Of a stretch of 64,000 bases of DNA, positions 1 to 12,843 are shown piece by piece. The notes under the pieces are model-generated. The model was given only the letters and a program-made list of their open reading frames with translations, did no database searches and had not been told where the DNA came from. The DNA comes from Balanoglossus misakiensis. Taxonomy: Eukaryota > Animalia > Hemichordata. A program made the translations under genes and the position numbers. Location of the stretch: positions 10,193,846 through 10,257,845 of the forward strand of contig CM082577.2 in NCBI GenBank assembly GCA_040954595.2, read 5' to 3'. Each line of letters begins with the position of its first letter. Within the stretch, counting starts at the first letter, position 1.

Positions 1-438
1 CAACAACCCCATTGTCAGCAACAGGGTGAAACCAGAAAGGGGTAGTAACTAGTATGAAACGGTGAAAGACATACATGTACGTATCTCTCATTCCTGGTAT
101 TGTTCCACTGACTGCTGACATGAAGAAATTTATTTATTGATCCTTTGAACCCCTGAGGGGGGTGCGGGTAGGTTACCAGGGGGTCAGAGTTCAAAGGACA
201 ATAACCAATTTTATACCAAATAAAATTATATGACAAAATATCCTTTGTCATAGATATTTTGTCTGCAGAGTTAAAATATTTTAATCTACAGTCTTGTACT
301 GACATGGTGAATTACAGTTTCAAAGAAACACTGATGGTGTCAATAATAAACCACAGAACGCAGCCCGTGCAAGGAAATGGACCACTAGGGGTAACTGTAT
401 ATCCTGACAGTGAAAGAAGCACATCACACCAATCCTAC

Positions 439-694
439 CTATATTCCCAACATTGAGTCTCTTCCAGAACAACTTGGCCATGGCTCTTCTGTTGAGAAGT
501 ACGGCCCACAGGAACAGATGTTGGGCCGGGCAATCCTTGGCCTTGGACTTCTCAATGTCAACGGTAGACTGACCGTCGCTGGGTCTGACGATGTATTTCT
601 CCTCGCTGTACATGATCTCGTGTTCGTGCAAAGTGAGTTTGTGGACCATTCTACCGACGTTCTGCAGGAGGTGGGCCAGGTGCCTGTCATCTTT
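439..694 (-). CDS. TRPM: TRPM-A exon (VGRMVHKL...LFLWAVLLNRRAMAKLFW)
   Basis: ORF track plus splice sites; MHR4 motif. Confidence 0.9.
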
Positions 695-3600
695 CTGTGT
701 GTGCATAATGCCATGATGAAACCATGAATCATTAAAGGGGAACGCTACCCAAGATTTTAAATATTAGAGTACAAAAGGGATGCCCAAAAATAATTTTCTG
801 ATGGATTCATTCACTTCCACTTCCTGCATATGGAGCCAGAATCCTACTTGTTGCTATATTTACGGAATTACACCGTAGATTGCATGGCTGTGCATGGCCT
901 TGTTTTTTATCTTAGCTCTTTACAGCCGACGATCCACAAGTCAATTACATCAGTTTCACAAATATTTCAACTGATAATTGATGACACTGTGATACTTGAG
1001 AAGAAACCTTTGACTGTGGTACTTACATCCGATAGTTTGTCGAGGCGGATCTTGACAATGTCTTTGGTAGAAGATCGTCCATCTAGAGACCATTTACAGA
1101 ATACCACCTGCAAGGGAAACCAATGTCTTAGAAGAATATTATATACTTCATCAAAATATTTCTGAAAGCATGATCATGTAATATGGTTGAACAATGAAAG
1201 TTTTTTGATGCAATGCTTAAGTTAATACACCAGGGATTGGAAATATATGAAAACATTACAAACTGTCACTGTAAGTTACTTTACAACAGAAATTCTACCA
1301 GAGAACGATTTGAAGCTTGAAATGCACATCACCTGTTTATAGAGTTCGTAGAGTCTGCGTATTGTCAGGAACTTATCCAGGTGAATCACATGCTGCAGGA
1401 ACAGCTCCACAAATTCCACCTTGTTGCCAATCAATGCCATCATCATGTTCTCTTCAAACTCGGCATTCTGATACAAGATAAAAATTTCAGAGTAATTTTT
1501 CAGTAAAGAAATTTTTTTCAGTTAAATACATCTATGTGCACAAAGTTCACCCTCTTATACAACCCATACCCATTTTGTTGCAATGGATATAAACACACTA
1601 TTCAAAACTAACTGGGTTGGACTAAATTAGGAAATTGAAAGGTCTTAAAAATGAGGAAAATAGGATGAAAGTGCACTCCCATAGATGCAGTCATGTTTGT
1701 GTACATTATATCTACCATAAACATTTTATTATAATCCAAATGGTTCAATTTTAGGAAACATTTAAGGAACCTTTCTGTCTGCTTTCTGAATTCTACATGC
1801 TGCCTTATAGTGGCTATTACAGTGCATGTTTCTAGGATTATGGTTTCCATGGAAACTCACCTCCCATTTGTTTCTCCTCTCAGCTGTGATGATTTCATCC
1901 CTGGCGATGTCAGAGCGATTCCACCTCAGAGCCAGGTTCATCTGAACTTGGATGTTATCGGACAGTGACTTGGCTGTGACACAGAGCAATCAGGAAGATT
2001 ATTCAGCATACTGTAAAAAGTGCCTTTTTAGCTAGGTTGCTATTTTAGCTAATTTAGATTGTCAGTTCATTAAGTGTGCTTGATATTAGCTATAAAGAAA
2101 GATTAACCATGGTATTAAATATAGAAAAAAAGTTTGAATATTAGCAAATTTACACATCTTGCTAAATGAATACTTCTTTTAATTTGGCCATGTGCATACA
2201 GTTTGCTTATTAAAACCACAGTAAGGGTTGGAAGCTTCAAAATACTGAAAATGTCCATAGCTGTCGATTCAAAATCATTGTTATTTATTTTTCACAGCAT
2301 ATCAATGGTGGATAAGTTTGAAATACACTGTACTGTTTTGAACTCACCTTGCAGCAAACCGTGCAAGATTGCTCTGTCAATATCTTTGAAATTGTCCTCT
2401 TGCATATGAAACACAGTTATCTGTCCACAAAAAAACCCACCATGTTAGAGAAACGATTGGAACACAAATCTGAAATCTAAGGTGAAAAAAAGTTTTTGAA
2501 ATGTTTCTTTTCCACGCCTAACATTTTGCATAGTTCAAAAAAGGGTCAAAATTAATGTCTAGCATGACAACTTATAACCGGGATTGTGAAAATCACTGTT
2601 ACATTTTTATAAAACAAATTGACAAATACATGTATATCGTATGAAAAATAACATGCCAACTACATTTGGATTGACAAACCACAAACCATGTCTCTGTATG
2701 ATTGATCTTTCATGATCGTCTGCAACCAGCTGATGCAGTTTTCCAGTTTGTCTTTATCTTTAATTTCCTTTTGCAATGAATCCATGGATTGCAAAACTTT
2801 CTTGATGTCCTCAGCAGTCCTGTGAAAAGATAAAAAATAATAATTAGCAAAGTGAATACCGGGGCCTAATTGGCCTCATTACAGTTCCCTCTTTAGAGGT
2901 ACAACCTTTCCATAAAAAACAATGGGTTTGGACTGAACCATGGAGGTGAAAGGGTTAATGCATGCGGCCAGGTTACATGTAGTTTACCAACGTGCTGTAC
3001 CGGTATAAAGTTTTGTCCGTTCTTTTCACCAAATTTGCTGTCTTTTCACGATTTCCGACACAGACTACTTGTCTGTTGTTAGGACAGCACACTGCCTCAT
3101 GGCATTGACTGCATACAGGGTACATTGTACAAGTTTTGTAACCAGTGTCTCTGGATTGGCACATGTATGCGTATAAGACCATCGTCACCCTTTAAAGGGG
3201 CCGTGCTGCCTAATTTACAGTCAGTCACAACATGCATGTACCACAAAGATGGCCACCGAAAGTTACATGTACATCAACTACCATCATCTTGTTACACTTG
3301 TTTTTTTTGTACAGAACTATGAAATAATAATAATTAATGTGTGATAAACCTACGCCAGTGGTTTAGTTTTCCTCAGAGCTTCCGAGATGATATCTGCCGC
3401 CCTCCCGCTGCCCTCAACGATCACCACTGGCACAGAGTTAGGCGAGATGTTTCCGTTGGTCCGCTTTGGCACCAGGGATTCGTAGACAGTTTCTATGGTC
3501 CCGTAGCCGCCCTCCACAACAACCAACACCAGGGGGACGTAACTTTCTGTGGATAGAAAATAGGTTTTGTCAGAAAGGTTATTGTAATCTGAAAAAATAT

Positions 3601-6600
3601 TAGTCATCTTTTTGCAATTTTCCAGTGAGGGTTTCTTTTTGACAAGAAGAAACTCATTATATCATGGTGATGATTTTAAATTTTTAGTAGAAAAGGATGC
3701 ATTAAGCCAAGTAATGTTATTTGAGTAGATATTATTACATTTGCTTTGCTAATCATGGTGGAAATCGTTGGCAGCTACACAATGGCATAATATTTCACGA
3801 GAAACAGAACAGATTGAGAATGTCATAATCACTAGCAATCTGCAACCAGTCAGTAGCCGATAACAATCATGCATATGCAAATCAGTTGGAGGTCATGAGG
3901 TCATCCAGCCACCTGTGGATTTTCACCCAATCAACCACTGAGATATTGCACTGTGTTGGCCAATCTCACAGCAATATTCTCAGTATATTTCCCCCCAAAC
4001 ATGGGGACTTTGGGATACCAGAACAACCTCTGCCACCATAAAGAACAACGCTTACTCTCTGAATCACTGCTTGCCATGGTGTTGATGTACTGCTCCAGAC
4101 TGGCCCTCAGCCCGATGTCCGCTCCGTATTCCTCCTTCCCATGATCCACTAGGATGAAGTGAGTATGATTGCAATCCAACGACGTGTACTTAGCATTCTG
4201 ATGAATCAGGTCTTTCTCACGGTACTCGGCCGGCCACAATCCACCACTATTCTGTTTCAGGGAAATAAACAGTAAATGAGATAGTTACTAGACGAATTGT
4301 ATCATATGTGCCCTCTAAGCCCACATGACGAACTACTGACTCAACAAACTCACTGGTGACCATAGACAATTTTCCACACTAGGGTACATGTACATGCAAA
4401 GGTACAGGGCTGACTCAGAGAAATTTTTAGAAATCCTAAAATTGACTTATAGCTCTTTAATAATAAAAACTGGGTTTGCTAGAGGGCACACTGATCATAT
4501 GTTCGCAAAATAGAATGAGTAAACAGTAGTGAAGTTTGACCCGGCAAAGTAAGTGCCATCAGCTTTGATACTGCCTAATTGTATTAATTATTCAAATATG
4601 TAAATGAGTTAATAATTAGCACATCATGCCCCACCAACATCCAGACAGAAGTTTCCCACTTACTTTGCGATTGACCAAAACGTTGCTATTGCTGATTACA
4701 TTCCAGGTGGCAATTCCCAAAGCAGTGACATGCCGGTGTTTATCCATCATTCCTTGGCTCTCTTCGTTGATCGCCTCTCCCACTTTCTTCATCACCCCTA
4801 CAGCCGTACCACCGGTGATGATCCAGGCACCTTTGGGCAAACAAAATACATAGAATGGGTTTGACTTTATGGAGCAACACATAACTTGAACCTTGCAAAT
4901 TAAAAGTCATATAAACAGTTCGATCCCATGATGATAATTTGAAGTTTTTGAATAAGCACAATATGATGTACATGTAAAATGAAATGTAGCACTGCATTGT
5001 ACCCAGAAGTTGCAGCACATTATTATTTTTGTACCTAGTTCTATACAAATAAATTTATTGAGAAAACCCATTCTCCAACTTGATAGCAAGCGATAGCTCA
5101 GCAATTGTATGTATTGTAAAATATCTTATACAAATGAAAAACCTATTGGTTGAAATGTGTCAGCGCTTCAAGCATGAATAAAATCAAAGCAAAATGGCCG
5201 ACTGCCAGGCAGCCATGCTGGATTGGAATGTAAAACAAATTAGCATGCCAAAGTCATACTACCAAGACTTGAAACTAATAATCTACACTGTAAAATATAG
5301 GTCTATTGCTCAAAACACATACACACACAAATCAAAAACTGCTTTTCAATACAGCAAGATGGTCTTTACCTGTACTGACAGCTGCCTTGAACAATCCCTT
5401 GTTGAAGAGATTCTTCAGTCTCCCCTTGAAGAAGAAATCCTTGGCGCCCCCGGTTACAGAAATCAACACTTTGGGCAGAGGCATCTTCCAGTGTTTTGTC
5501 AGCAGCTCCCAAAGGATCTCAGGTTTTGTGTTTTGATCAACGCGAATATACTGCAATTCAAAAGAAAATTGTGAAAATGTGAAATTATTCTTGTTGCTGT
5601 ACAAGGTGTCTGGACGCTTTGTGCAGCTGGAGGAATTAAAATTGAACATTTTTCTTAACAAAATTTCTTAAAATACAAATGTTTATACTGTAAATAGTCT
5701 GATTATAAAGTCCACCAAATGGAGATTTTCATGACATACATGTATGTGATCAGAATGAATTTTATGTTTATCAGATGAAATATATACATGTATATAAACA
5801 TAACAATAACACATTATTCAACTCATGGCTTACATTGATTCATACAAAATCCTTCAGAACAAAGAGTTCCTTGATGTCAATAGTTTTCTCTGAAAACAGG
5901 AACACAGACTAGAAAACCTGGCAGACATCTTACAGACATTCATACCAACACAAAAGCTCCATTCTTTAAAATGTCTGGGTGCTAGAGCATTTTATTTACT
6001 CTACAAAGTAAGTTAGGACACTGAAAAAGCCCTTCTGAACAGCAGCCTTAATACCTTTGTTGATGTTCTATTGAAATGTTATATCCCAAACTGAGATCTC
6101 AAGCCTTTCCTGCAGACAAAAGTGTGCTTTTTTCTGTCCCAAACGATTTTTAGCATTTCACAGTCAATACAAACATGAGAACATTATGTTTTGGGTTTTT
6201 ATATACTAATATCCTGGCTGTGTAATTCTTAATCCTCTTCTTTCTCGTCAGTCAATTAAAAATCAATAACAGACTTTTAAAATAAAAATTTCCCCTGAAA
6301 ATGTAAAATTGACTTTCACAAATATCCCTTCAGAAATTAAAAGTATATTTGTATTCTTACCGGTGCTGTCTTGTTGTTTTGACCAAAGCCAATAAACTCA
6401 ATCTCTCCGAATGAGTCAGCATCTTCGAGGTCAGAGATCTTCGGTCCTGTTCTCTGTTTTATTTCTTTATCCTTGACGAACTTCTCAACATCAGTGTGCT
6501 ATAGAGGGGTTAAGGTAGGAGATAATACTATACATTATAATCAGTGCAATACCATAAGTACGATGATGAAGATGATGATGATGATGACGATGATTCATCA

Positions 6601-7945
6601 TGATGATGATACTACATGTACCCCCCCCACCCCTAGTTTACCTGGATCTTTGAACGAACCATGACCAAAAAGTTAGTAACCCTTGTTTACACGGACACCA
6701 GCCGCAGCACTCAAACACTACCCAGCGCAAAAACGGTTATCTTTATTGGTTAATATGTTACATCTGTTTCCCGCCAAATACGCTAATTTTCACCTTTTTC
6801 ACCTGAGAGGTCATACAACTGAAACCAAATGTACCTGAACGCGCCATTAATATGATACCGTTTGATAAAAATGGACAAAGTCTATCTTTTAAAATGTGAA
6901 TTTTGGTTGTAGGAAAATCACACACAGTAAAAGCATGCATAGGCGTCACTGTGCACTGTTTCAGACCCATAGATACATGCTTGTGCTAACACTTTCTAGA
7001 ATTTCAATAGTACTGCAACTTTCTGAAACAGTCAATAATTTTTTTAAAGAGTGCATGTTCTATTCTATTAATACAGGTGTATTTTTTCTGCATCTTCTAA
7101 TCATCATTTACAATCGAGGGTCCAGGTCTTCTAGTTCAGATCAATCCCCAGCTTCAGCCAATCAGACCAAGATTAATTATTTTTTAGTTGCGGTACACTG
7201 TACATGTACATCTAATACAAATATTGTCTGACTCAATTGGGTGCACAGATCCATTGTTGGAGACATGAACATTGTAAACTGTATTTTTGGTGATACATGT
7301 ACTAATATTTTGGGTCAACCTCTGGAAAAAAATTAAAAGTCGAAAAAAGCGTGCTGCCGTGACACTCACCCAATTATCTTCTGATGTGTATTTGAGGATT
7401 TCCAATCCTGCCCCTTGAACCTCCGATGTTTTGGCCACCGCTACGGGTTCCTCCACAACGCGCTGTCGTGCAACATCAGACTGCCTCTCAAGTTGACCTT
7501 GACCTTGACCGACGTCCCTAGGACCCCTCTCCTCCCAGCTGCTCTTCCTCTGACGGATTCGGCCGGGAGACGACAACGACCTCTCGTAGGCGTAGTTGTC
7601 GTACCCTTCAACCTGTCCCCTCGGCAACGGGGCGCCGCCGCGATCCTCGATGGAGAAGTCGCCGACGCGAACGGGCGGCAAGTGCTTTCGCGAGCGGTGC
7701 CTCCTGTGCTTCTTCCTTTTGTATCGGAGATCCCGCTCTTCGTCCACTCCGCCCTCTCTGTCGTCCCTCTGCGGGGAATGGTGGTGGGACCGATGATGAT
7801 GATGGCCGTGGTCTCCCCGGCCCTGCTGGGACGAAACTGAGTCCTGAGTCGGTTCCATGGCGACCGGCGGGTCTGTCGACCCTTGCAGATTGCGCAGTTG
7901 CAGACCTTCTGAGTTGCTTGGATCCTGACGGGCGTTGTCGCCCAT
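439..7945 (-). CDS. TRPM: TRPM-family cation channel paralog A, N-terminal half (MHR1-4); 12 coding exons; gene continues past the left edge
   Basis: Exons 7370-7945, 6361-6498, 5370-5550, 4664-4830, 4056-4251, 3354-3546, 2687-2819, 2348-2420, 1861-1973, 1333-1467, 1027-1107, 439-694 have GT-AG ends and consistent phases (~747 codons). Motifs [62 protein letters not shown] are typical of TRPM MHR1-4. Confidence 0.93.
1027..1107 (-). CDS. TRPM: TRPM-A exon (VVFCKWSLDG...KLSD)
   Basis: CAG acceptor, GTAAGT donor, open 81-nt phase 0-0 exon. Confidence 0.75.
1333..1467 (-). CDS. TRPM: TRPM-A exon (MMALIGNKVEFVELFL..FLTIRRLYELY)
   Basis: 135 nt, same length as B exon 22886-23020. Confidence 0.92.
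1861..1973 (-). CDS. TRPM: TRPM-A exon (QMNLALRWNRSDIA)
   Basis: ORF track plus splice sites. Confidence 0.92.
2348..2420 (-). CDS. TRPM: TRPM-A exon (ITVFH..DIDRAILHGLL)
   Basis: 73 nt, same length as B exon 24077-24149. Confidence 0.9.
2687..2819 (-). CDS. TRPM: TRPM-A exon (TAEDIKKVLQ...CISWLQTIMK)
   Basis: Hand translation; phase 2->0 fits neighbours; same position as B exon 24567-24705. Confidence 0.8.
2880..2958. mobile_element. Degenerate inverted copy of the short piggyBac-like MITE
   Basis: AATGGGTTTGGACTGAACCATGGAGGTGAAAGGGTTAA is the near reverse complement of the left end at 19228. Confidence 0.72.
3354..3546 (-). CDS. TRPM: TRPM-A exon ([18 protein letters not shown])
   Basis: ORF track plus splice sites. 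Confidence 0.92.
4056..4251 (-). CDS. TRPM: TRPM-A exon ([20 protein letters not shown])
   Basis: ORF track plus splice sites. Confidence 0.92.
4664..4830 (-). CDS. TRPM: TRPM-A exon ([19 protein letters not shown])
   Basis: ORF track plus splice sites. Confidence 0.92.
5370..5550 (-). CDS. TRPM: TRPM-A exon (SLOG/MHR1: YIRV...LISVTGGAK)
   Basis: ORF track plus splice sites; 181 nt, same length as the paralog B exon. Confidence 0.92.
6361..6498 (-). CDS. TRPM: TRPM-A exon HTDVEKF...DSFGEIEFIGFGQNNKTAP
   Basis: Hand translation; TAG acceptor and GTAAG donor; FGEIEF motif. Confidence 0.88.
6561..6611. repeat. (GAT)n microsatellite
   Basis: Imperfect GAT run. Confidence 0.85.
7370..7945 (-). 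CDS. TRPM: TRPM-A exon: disordered His/Arg-rich N-terminus (exon extends as 5'UTR to acceptor at ~8014)
   Basis: GC-rich ORF MGDNARQD...EDNW; GTGAGT donor at 7369; phase 0 into the next exon. Confidence 0.8.
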
Positions 7946-8486
7946 AACCCAACCACAATCACAAGCTGGAATCTACGCCGATCCCATGTCTGATCCTTGA
8001 AGACTCATGACTTCCTGATGTGAAGAATACAAAATAAAATGTTAATTACTATAAAATCAAATGTTTAGTTACTGTATGCAGCAGTGCATATGAGCTTTTG
8101 GATCTGTGCCAGTGACTGCTACTGTTCTCTGAATCCTTCACTTATGCGCTCGGCTGTAATATTCATGCCACCAAGTTATATATGTACTAGCCTATATCCA
8201 CAGAGGATTTAATTATTTGCACATACCGGTAGTTACAATGTATCTTAATAGGCTACTGGTATTACTATCAATGCAATGGGTAATCCCCCATTTCACAGTG
8301 GTGCAGTTTAGCAGCTTCCTGTACCACATATGTAATAGTGTATTTCCACATGTTTATAACCGGCATCAACAAGATCAGGTGTACATTTTTTATACACAAG
8401 TCCCACAGTTTCCATTCTGATTTTTTGTAAACATTTGTTCCTCAGAGGGATTTACCCAAAAAAATAAATAATGTAGTATTAACAAG

Positions 8487-8680
8487 TTAAAGGTATACAG
8501 TCACCCCTAATTTACATCCACCCATATATGGCTGAAATGGCGTATTTGAGTGTTCTAAAGAACATATGGTGGCGCTCTTTTTTTCGTGTGTGCCACCCAC
8601 TGAAAATCCGTGATTGGCTAGATCTCAAGTTTACCATGGTAACTGTAGCTAAATTTCCATAGGTGACCGTATACCTTTAA
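8487..8680. mobile_element. TTAA-AGG MITE (Kolobok/T2-like), family 1, copy 1
   Basis: TTAA flanks; TIR AGGTATACAGTCACC...GGTGACCGTATACCT; near-identical copy at 29997-30189. Confidence 0.88.
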
Positions 8681-9239
8681 CTCTGAGTATTAACAATGAA
8701 GTATCTAGGACATTGTGAAGGGTATGGGTCCTATGCAGTATGAAATTACACACTTACCGGTACAAATGTACTTTCGTTTTGTAAATTAGGTTATGAGACT
8801 AACATTTTAGGTCATGCATTGGTTATCTACAATACATGTACACGTACAGCTGATAATTGGTCTTTATAGGGACCAATAATATGACATTACAATGTAGTAT
8901 GAGTTTCCTTAAAATTTAATTTACAGGTACTTTCCAACACGTTCAAATTACACATGTACAGCAGTGTACTGTACATGTATACAGTAATTCCTCACTGGCA
9001 GGTATTGTCTGCAAATGAACAGCCACTCACCATTGACCATGACCCGAGTTTCTGATTTAATACAAAATTTTACAGGTTTTTGGCAGGTGAAAGTGGTTAT
9101 TCAAGCTATAAATAGCGCAACTATATTTATAATCATTATTTATTCATCTGATCAATACTGCATTAATTAAGATTTATCATGGTTTGTCTGATTGGTGTTG
9201 TTGGTAAAAAATTACGTACATGAATTCGTAATTATACCT

Positions 9240-9900
9240 GCCAAGACGCGCACCTAAACGAATTTTTGATACAGGAATTACGCATGGGTGTAACACTAGT
9301 TGCCATGGTTTCACGATCACCGGGAGCGACGCGTGCCGCGCTGTTCATTGTTGACCTACCTGTTGGCAAAGGTTTTCTACAGCGAAAACAAAAGCCACGG
9401 GAGGAGGCCTTGCTGCGGTGAATACAACAGTGATTGTAGTCCTTCGAGAGTTTTATGACACTAAGACCTCTAATTTTATAGCCCTGTTGGCTGCAAACGA
9501 CTAAAAATTGGCACAACCACAATGTCAATATCAACAATCAGCATATGTAGCACTTTGTAGTGTACCGCGAACAGCAACGACGCGACATTTTACAGGCGAC
9601 AAAATATAAAATACAAGTAATGATGTACACTTACTGATAATCTTCAGTGCGTTTGAGATGATCCTGTGTACGAAATTCGTCTAATTTGTCTTGAAATCAC
9701 ATGACATGGGAAAGGGCCTACTTGAGACTACCTAGCTGCTGGACGGACGTGATGGCTTCAAATAAGACTACCTAAGATAGTGATATAACTCATTCGCGTT
9801 GGTAGAGAACAGTATGCTAGGGGGTCGTAATTCATCTGTCACTTGAACACATACATACCCAGGTACATACCTTTCACTTGTTCATTGTCTCATAAAACAA
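9240..9900 (-). promoter_or_regulatory. Probable TRPM-A promoter / non-coding first exon region
   Basis: Local CpG enrichment; CA|gtaagt donor at 9634; coding exon has an acceptor upstream of its ATG; X-box-like GTTGCCATGGTTTC at 9299. Confidence 0.45.
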
Positions 9901-10275
9901 AGCAACTTCCCAACGAACCAGTATGTCATACAAAACAAATCCCATTTCTATATTTTACTTTTGATAAAAATTAGCACTTTTGATGCCTGTTTTAAGTGTA
10001 GCATCATAATTAATATGGATGTTAAAGTTTTGACATGGGTACGTACCAGCCAAGGATGGATTGCGTGTTGTGTGAGATTTTGAGGGTAAACCTTAGTTAT
10101 ACGCTTCAGTTTTACCACTGGAACAGTATAGGCTAATAGAACAAGGACATTAGCATTGCCATTTTGACAATCAGCTATAGGGATTGGCAAAAAAATGAGT
10201 GTGCAACCCCTGTAATTGGAGGAACTTTGAAATCAGTGTTGTAAATATGTAAGCTTTTGTTATCCATGGCATATG

Positions 10276-10651
10276 TTAAAGCCCCAAAAGCTGACACTTT
10301 TTGCATTATTTTCATGATTTTATATTCCAACTTAGATTGTCCATCTAAATAAGCTTACTTTGTATAGGTATACATGAATATCTTATTGATGCCTGATTGT
10401 GGCTGTATGTTGCAATTTGAACAGTCAAGTGATATTTTAAACAAGTGCCAAATCTGTTTAATCGGCCTCCATACAAAGAGTGCACAACTTTCATGCTATG
10501 CATCACAAGAGATGACAAACTTATGTATATAAAAGTGGTATGGCTTAGGGGCTAATGGTGAGGATTTAAAAGGATAGGGAGACTATTTGAAGTATTAGTA
10601 TTTTATTGTGGAAAAAAAATACGTGAAATTTGGCAGCTCATGGGGCTTTAA
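10276..10651. mobile_element. TTAA-flanked MITE (Kolobok-like), family 2
   Basis: TTAAAGCCCCAAAAGCTG ... CAGCTCATGGGGCTTTAA imperfect terminal inverted repeat. Confidence 0.72.
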
Positions 10652-10744
10652 GACTACTCAATACTGGAATTCTCTGAAATATATTCAACATGATGATGTC
10701 GAACAAGAATCAAACACAACTTCATTTCAAATATTAAACTATAT

Positions 10745-10750
10745 TTTATT
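10745..10750 (-). terminator. Candidate polyadenylation signal (AATAAA) ending a ~2.1-kb TRPM-B 3'UTR
   Basis: AATAAA on the minus strand followed by a T/GT-rich tract; position between TRPM-B stop and TRPM-A 5' region. Confidence 0.5.
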
Positions 10751-12843
10751 GTATGAATATCTATAATTTACACTTTTCATAATTATTTACAGATTAGATA
10801 TCTTATATTACTATAAGAAGAATGTACACAGCATCCGATGAAAATAGGATTTTTTTTTACAAATAATAGACTTGTATAGACACAGATATCTAAAATATTT
10901 CAGCAAAAAAATATACAGTGATTATAAACAGAGCTATATACACGGTTCAAATATAAAATCAAAAATCATTACTGTTGAAACAAGTAATTTTACCCTGCAG
11001 GATAAGATAGAGTTGTAATGGTCAATGCTAGTTTCAATATATGGGAGACTTTGCAATGTGTTTCACATCAAATTTGGACCAAACAACAATGCTAATGTGG
11101 GACAAAACTGAGATTCAAAAAATATACTTTTTAAGGCTGATATGATGGAAAACTGCACCATGGAAAAATTATCTCCCACAAAAATATAGTTATGGCACTT
11201 TGTGTGTATCGCCTTTAAACACTTTCAAGTCATTGCAACCTTATTAAAATCAGATGTAGAGTTAGGCCCTGTCTTTACTTTTGCTGATGCCAGAGAACAG
11301 CCAAGACAGAGAACACAACAGCCAAAACTATCACCAGTGCAGATATTTGTTTCAAGTTCATCTGTTAGATGTTATCTTAAACCATGTTTATGAATATCAA
11401 ACAGTGAATGATGAGCAGCCTCAAATTCTTTAAAATGTTACAAAACAAAACCCCATCAGAATATATTCAGTGAGTGTAAATATGTTTGGCTTGGATTGTA
11501 TCATTTGTACAGCCTCTAGACAGTATCAGCAAGTATCAGGAAGAGTGTATCCATTTCACACTTCCCTTCATACGAGTTGTCTCCCCCCCCCCACCCCAGG
11601 AATGAGTGAATTTAAAGTCTTGCTCAGAAGTACAGTGTTGTCAAATTTCAATTCGCATGAGATGCCCATGCCATATAACCCGACAAACGTTAAGCAGAAG
11701 ACCATTTTTCCCAAGGAGGAAAAACATTAATCTTAGAATCAATCACAATGAACAATGTTCTGTAACATGCTATTGGAATTTCATGAACAAATTACAATAA
11801 TATTAGGAAAGGTCTCCATAACGATGTAGTCTTTACAAGATTGGACAAGTTCCATGCTTTTCTGGTATAGACACATCCATGCAAGTTTCTTGGCACTTTT
11901 ACACATATTTTTAAATCAACCCTTGTTACAGAATACACTGTAGGGAGACCAGGCTATAGCATTAGCAGATCATGTATACTCAAATTATACATAGACCAAT
12001 TTTAACTATCAAAAGTAAAGTTTGCATAATCGTCAGCCATAGGCAAGGGTGAACATAATAAAAAAAGAAAACTGAGTCTCAAATATGCCACATACATTAC
12101 TAGTTGACATGGTATGCAAGTATCCTCAAGACTAAAGCATAGAGATGAATTTGCATATCGTAAACACTTTAATACAAAACAACAGCACATAAAACTGTCA
12201 GTCAGAATGATAATGCAGTTTCCGTTTCCTGTCACAGAACCAATGCTGAGAGCAAAAATTAAAGCAAACCAAATCACACCACAGTAGTGTATGCACAATC
12301 ATGTACGACAATACAATTCAATACACATATTCTTGGCACTGTTAGTTGGTAGTTGAAACAACCACCTTTAATATACAAATGCAACACTTTTTACAGATTT
12401 GGCATCTGTGATAGTACTGACTAGCAATCTAATCTGCCCATCTCAACCTCCGTGTTCATATTTAAAAAAAAAGAAGGAATATCCTAAGTTTGTAAATGCA
12501 TTCATTTTTTGTACATTTGATACAAATGTATAAAAAAATTTCAGCCATTAAAGTTTCACTACAAAGACCTGAGACCAAAAGAAGTATGGACGGAATTTCC
12601 ACTTGTCAAAAGACTCTCTAGGAACCATTAACATAATAATTCCTTATATTGTTATGCAAATTAGCCTAACTAATTTAATATTCCTGGGAAGGACACTGGT
12701 CACATTTCTTAGAGTAGTCTTGAAGGCCTTAATAATGGTACAAAGGTGTTTTTTATCGCTTCTACAGCCTCTTCAGAAAAAGTTGAATACAGTGGAAACA
12801 CAGCATTTATACTCGCATTGAAATAGAAAGTTACCCAATATAA

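Noticed and set aside
10750-12843. Possible NUDT9-H or alpha-kinase exons downstream of TRPM-B
   Set aside because: AT-rich UTR-like sequence with no suitable ORF or motif.
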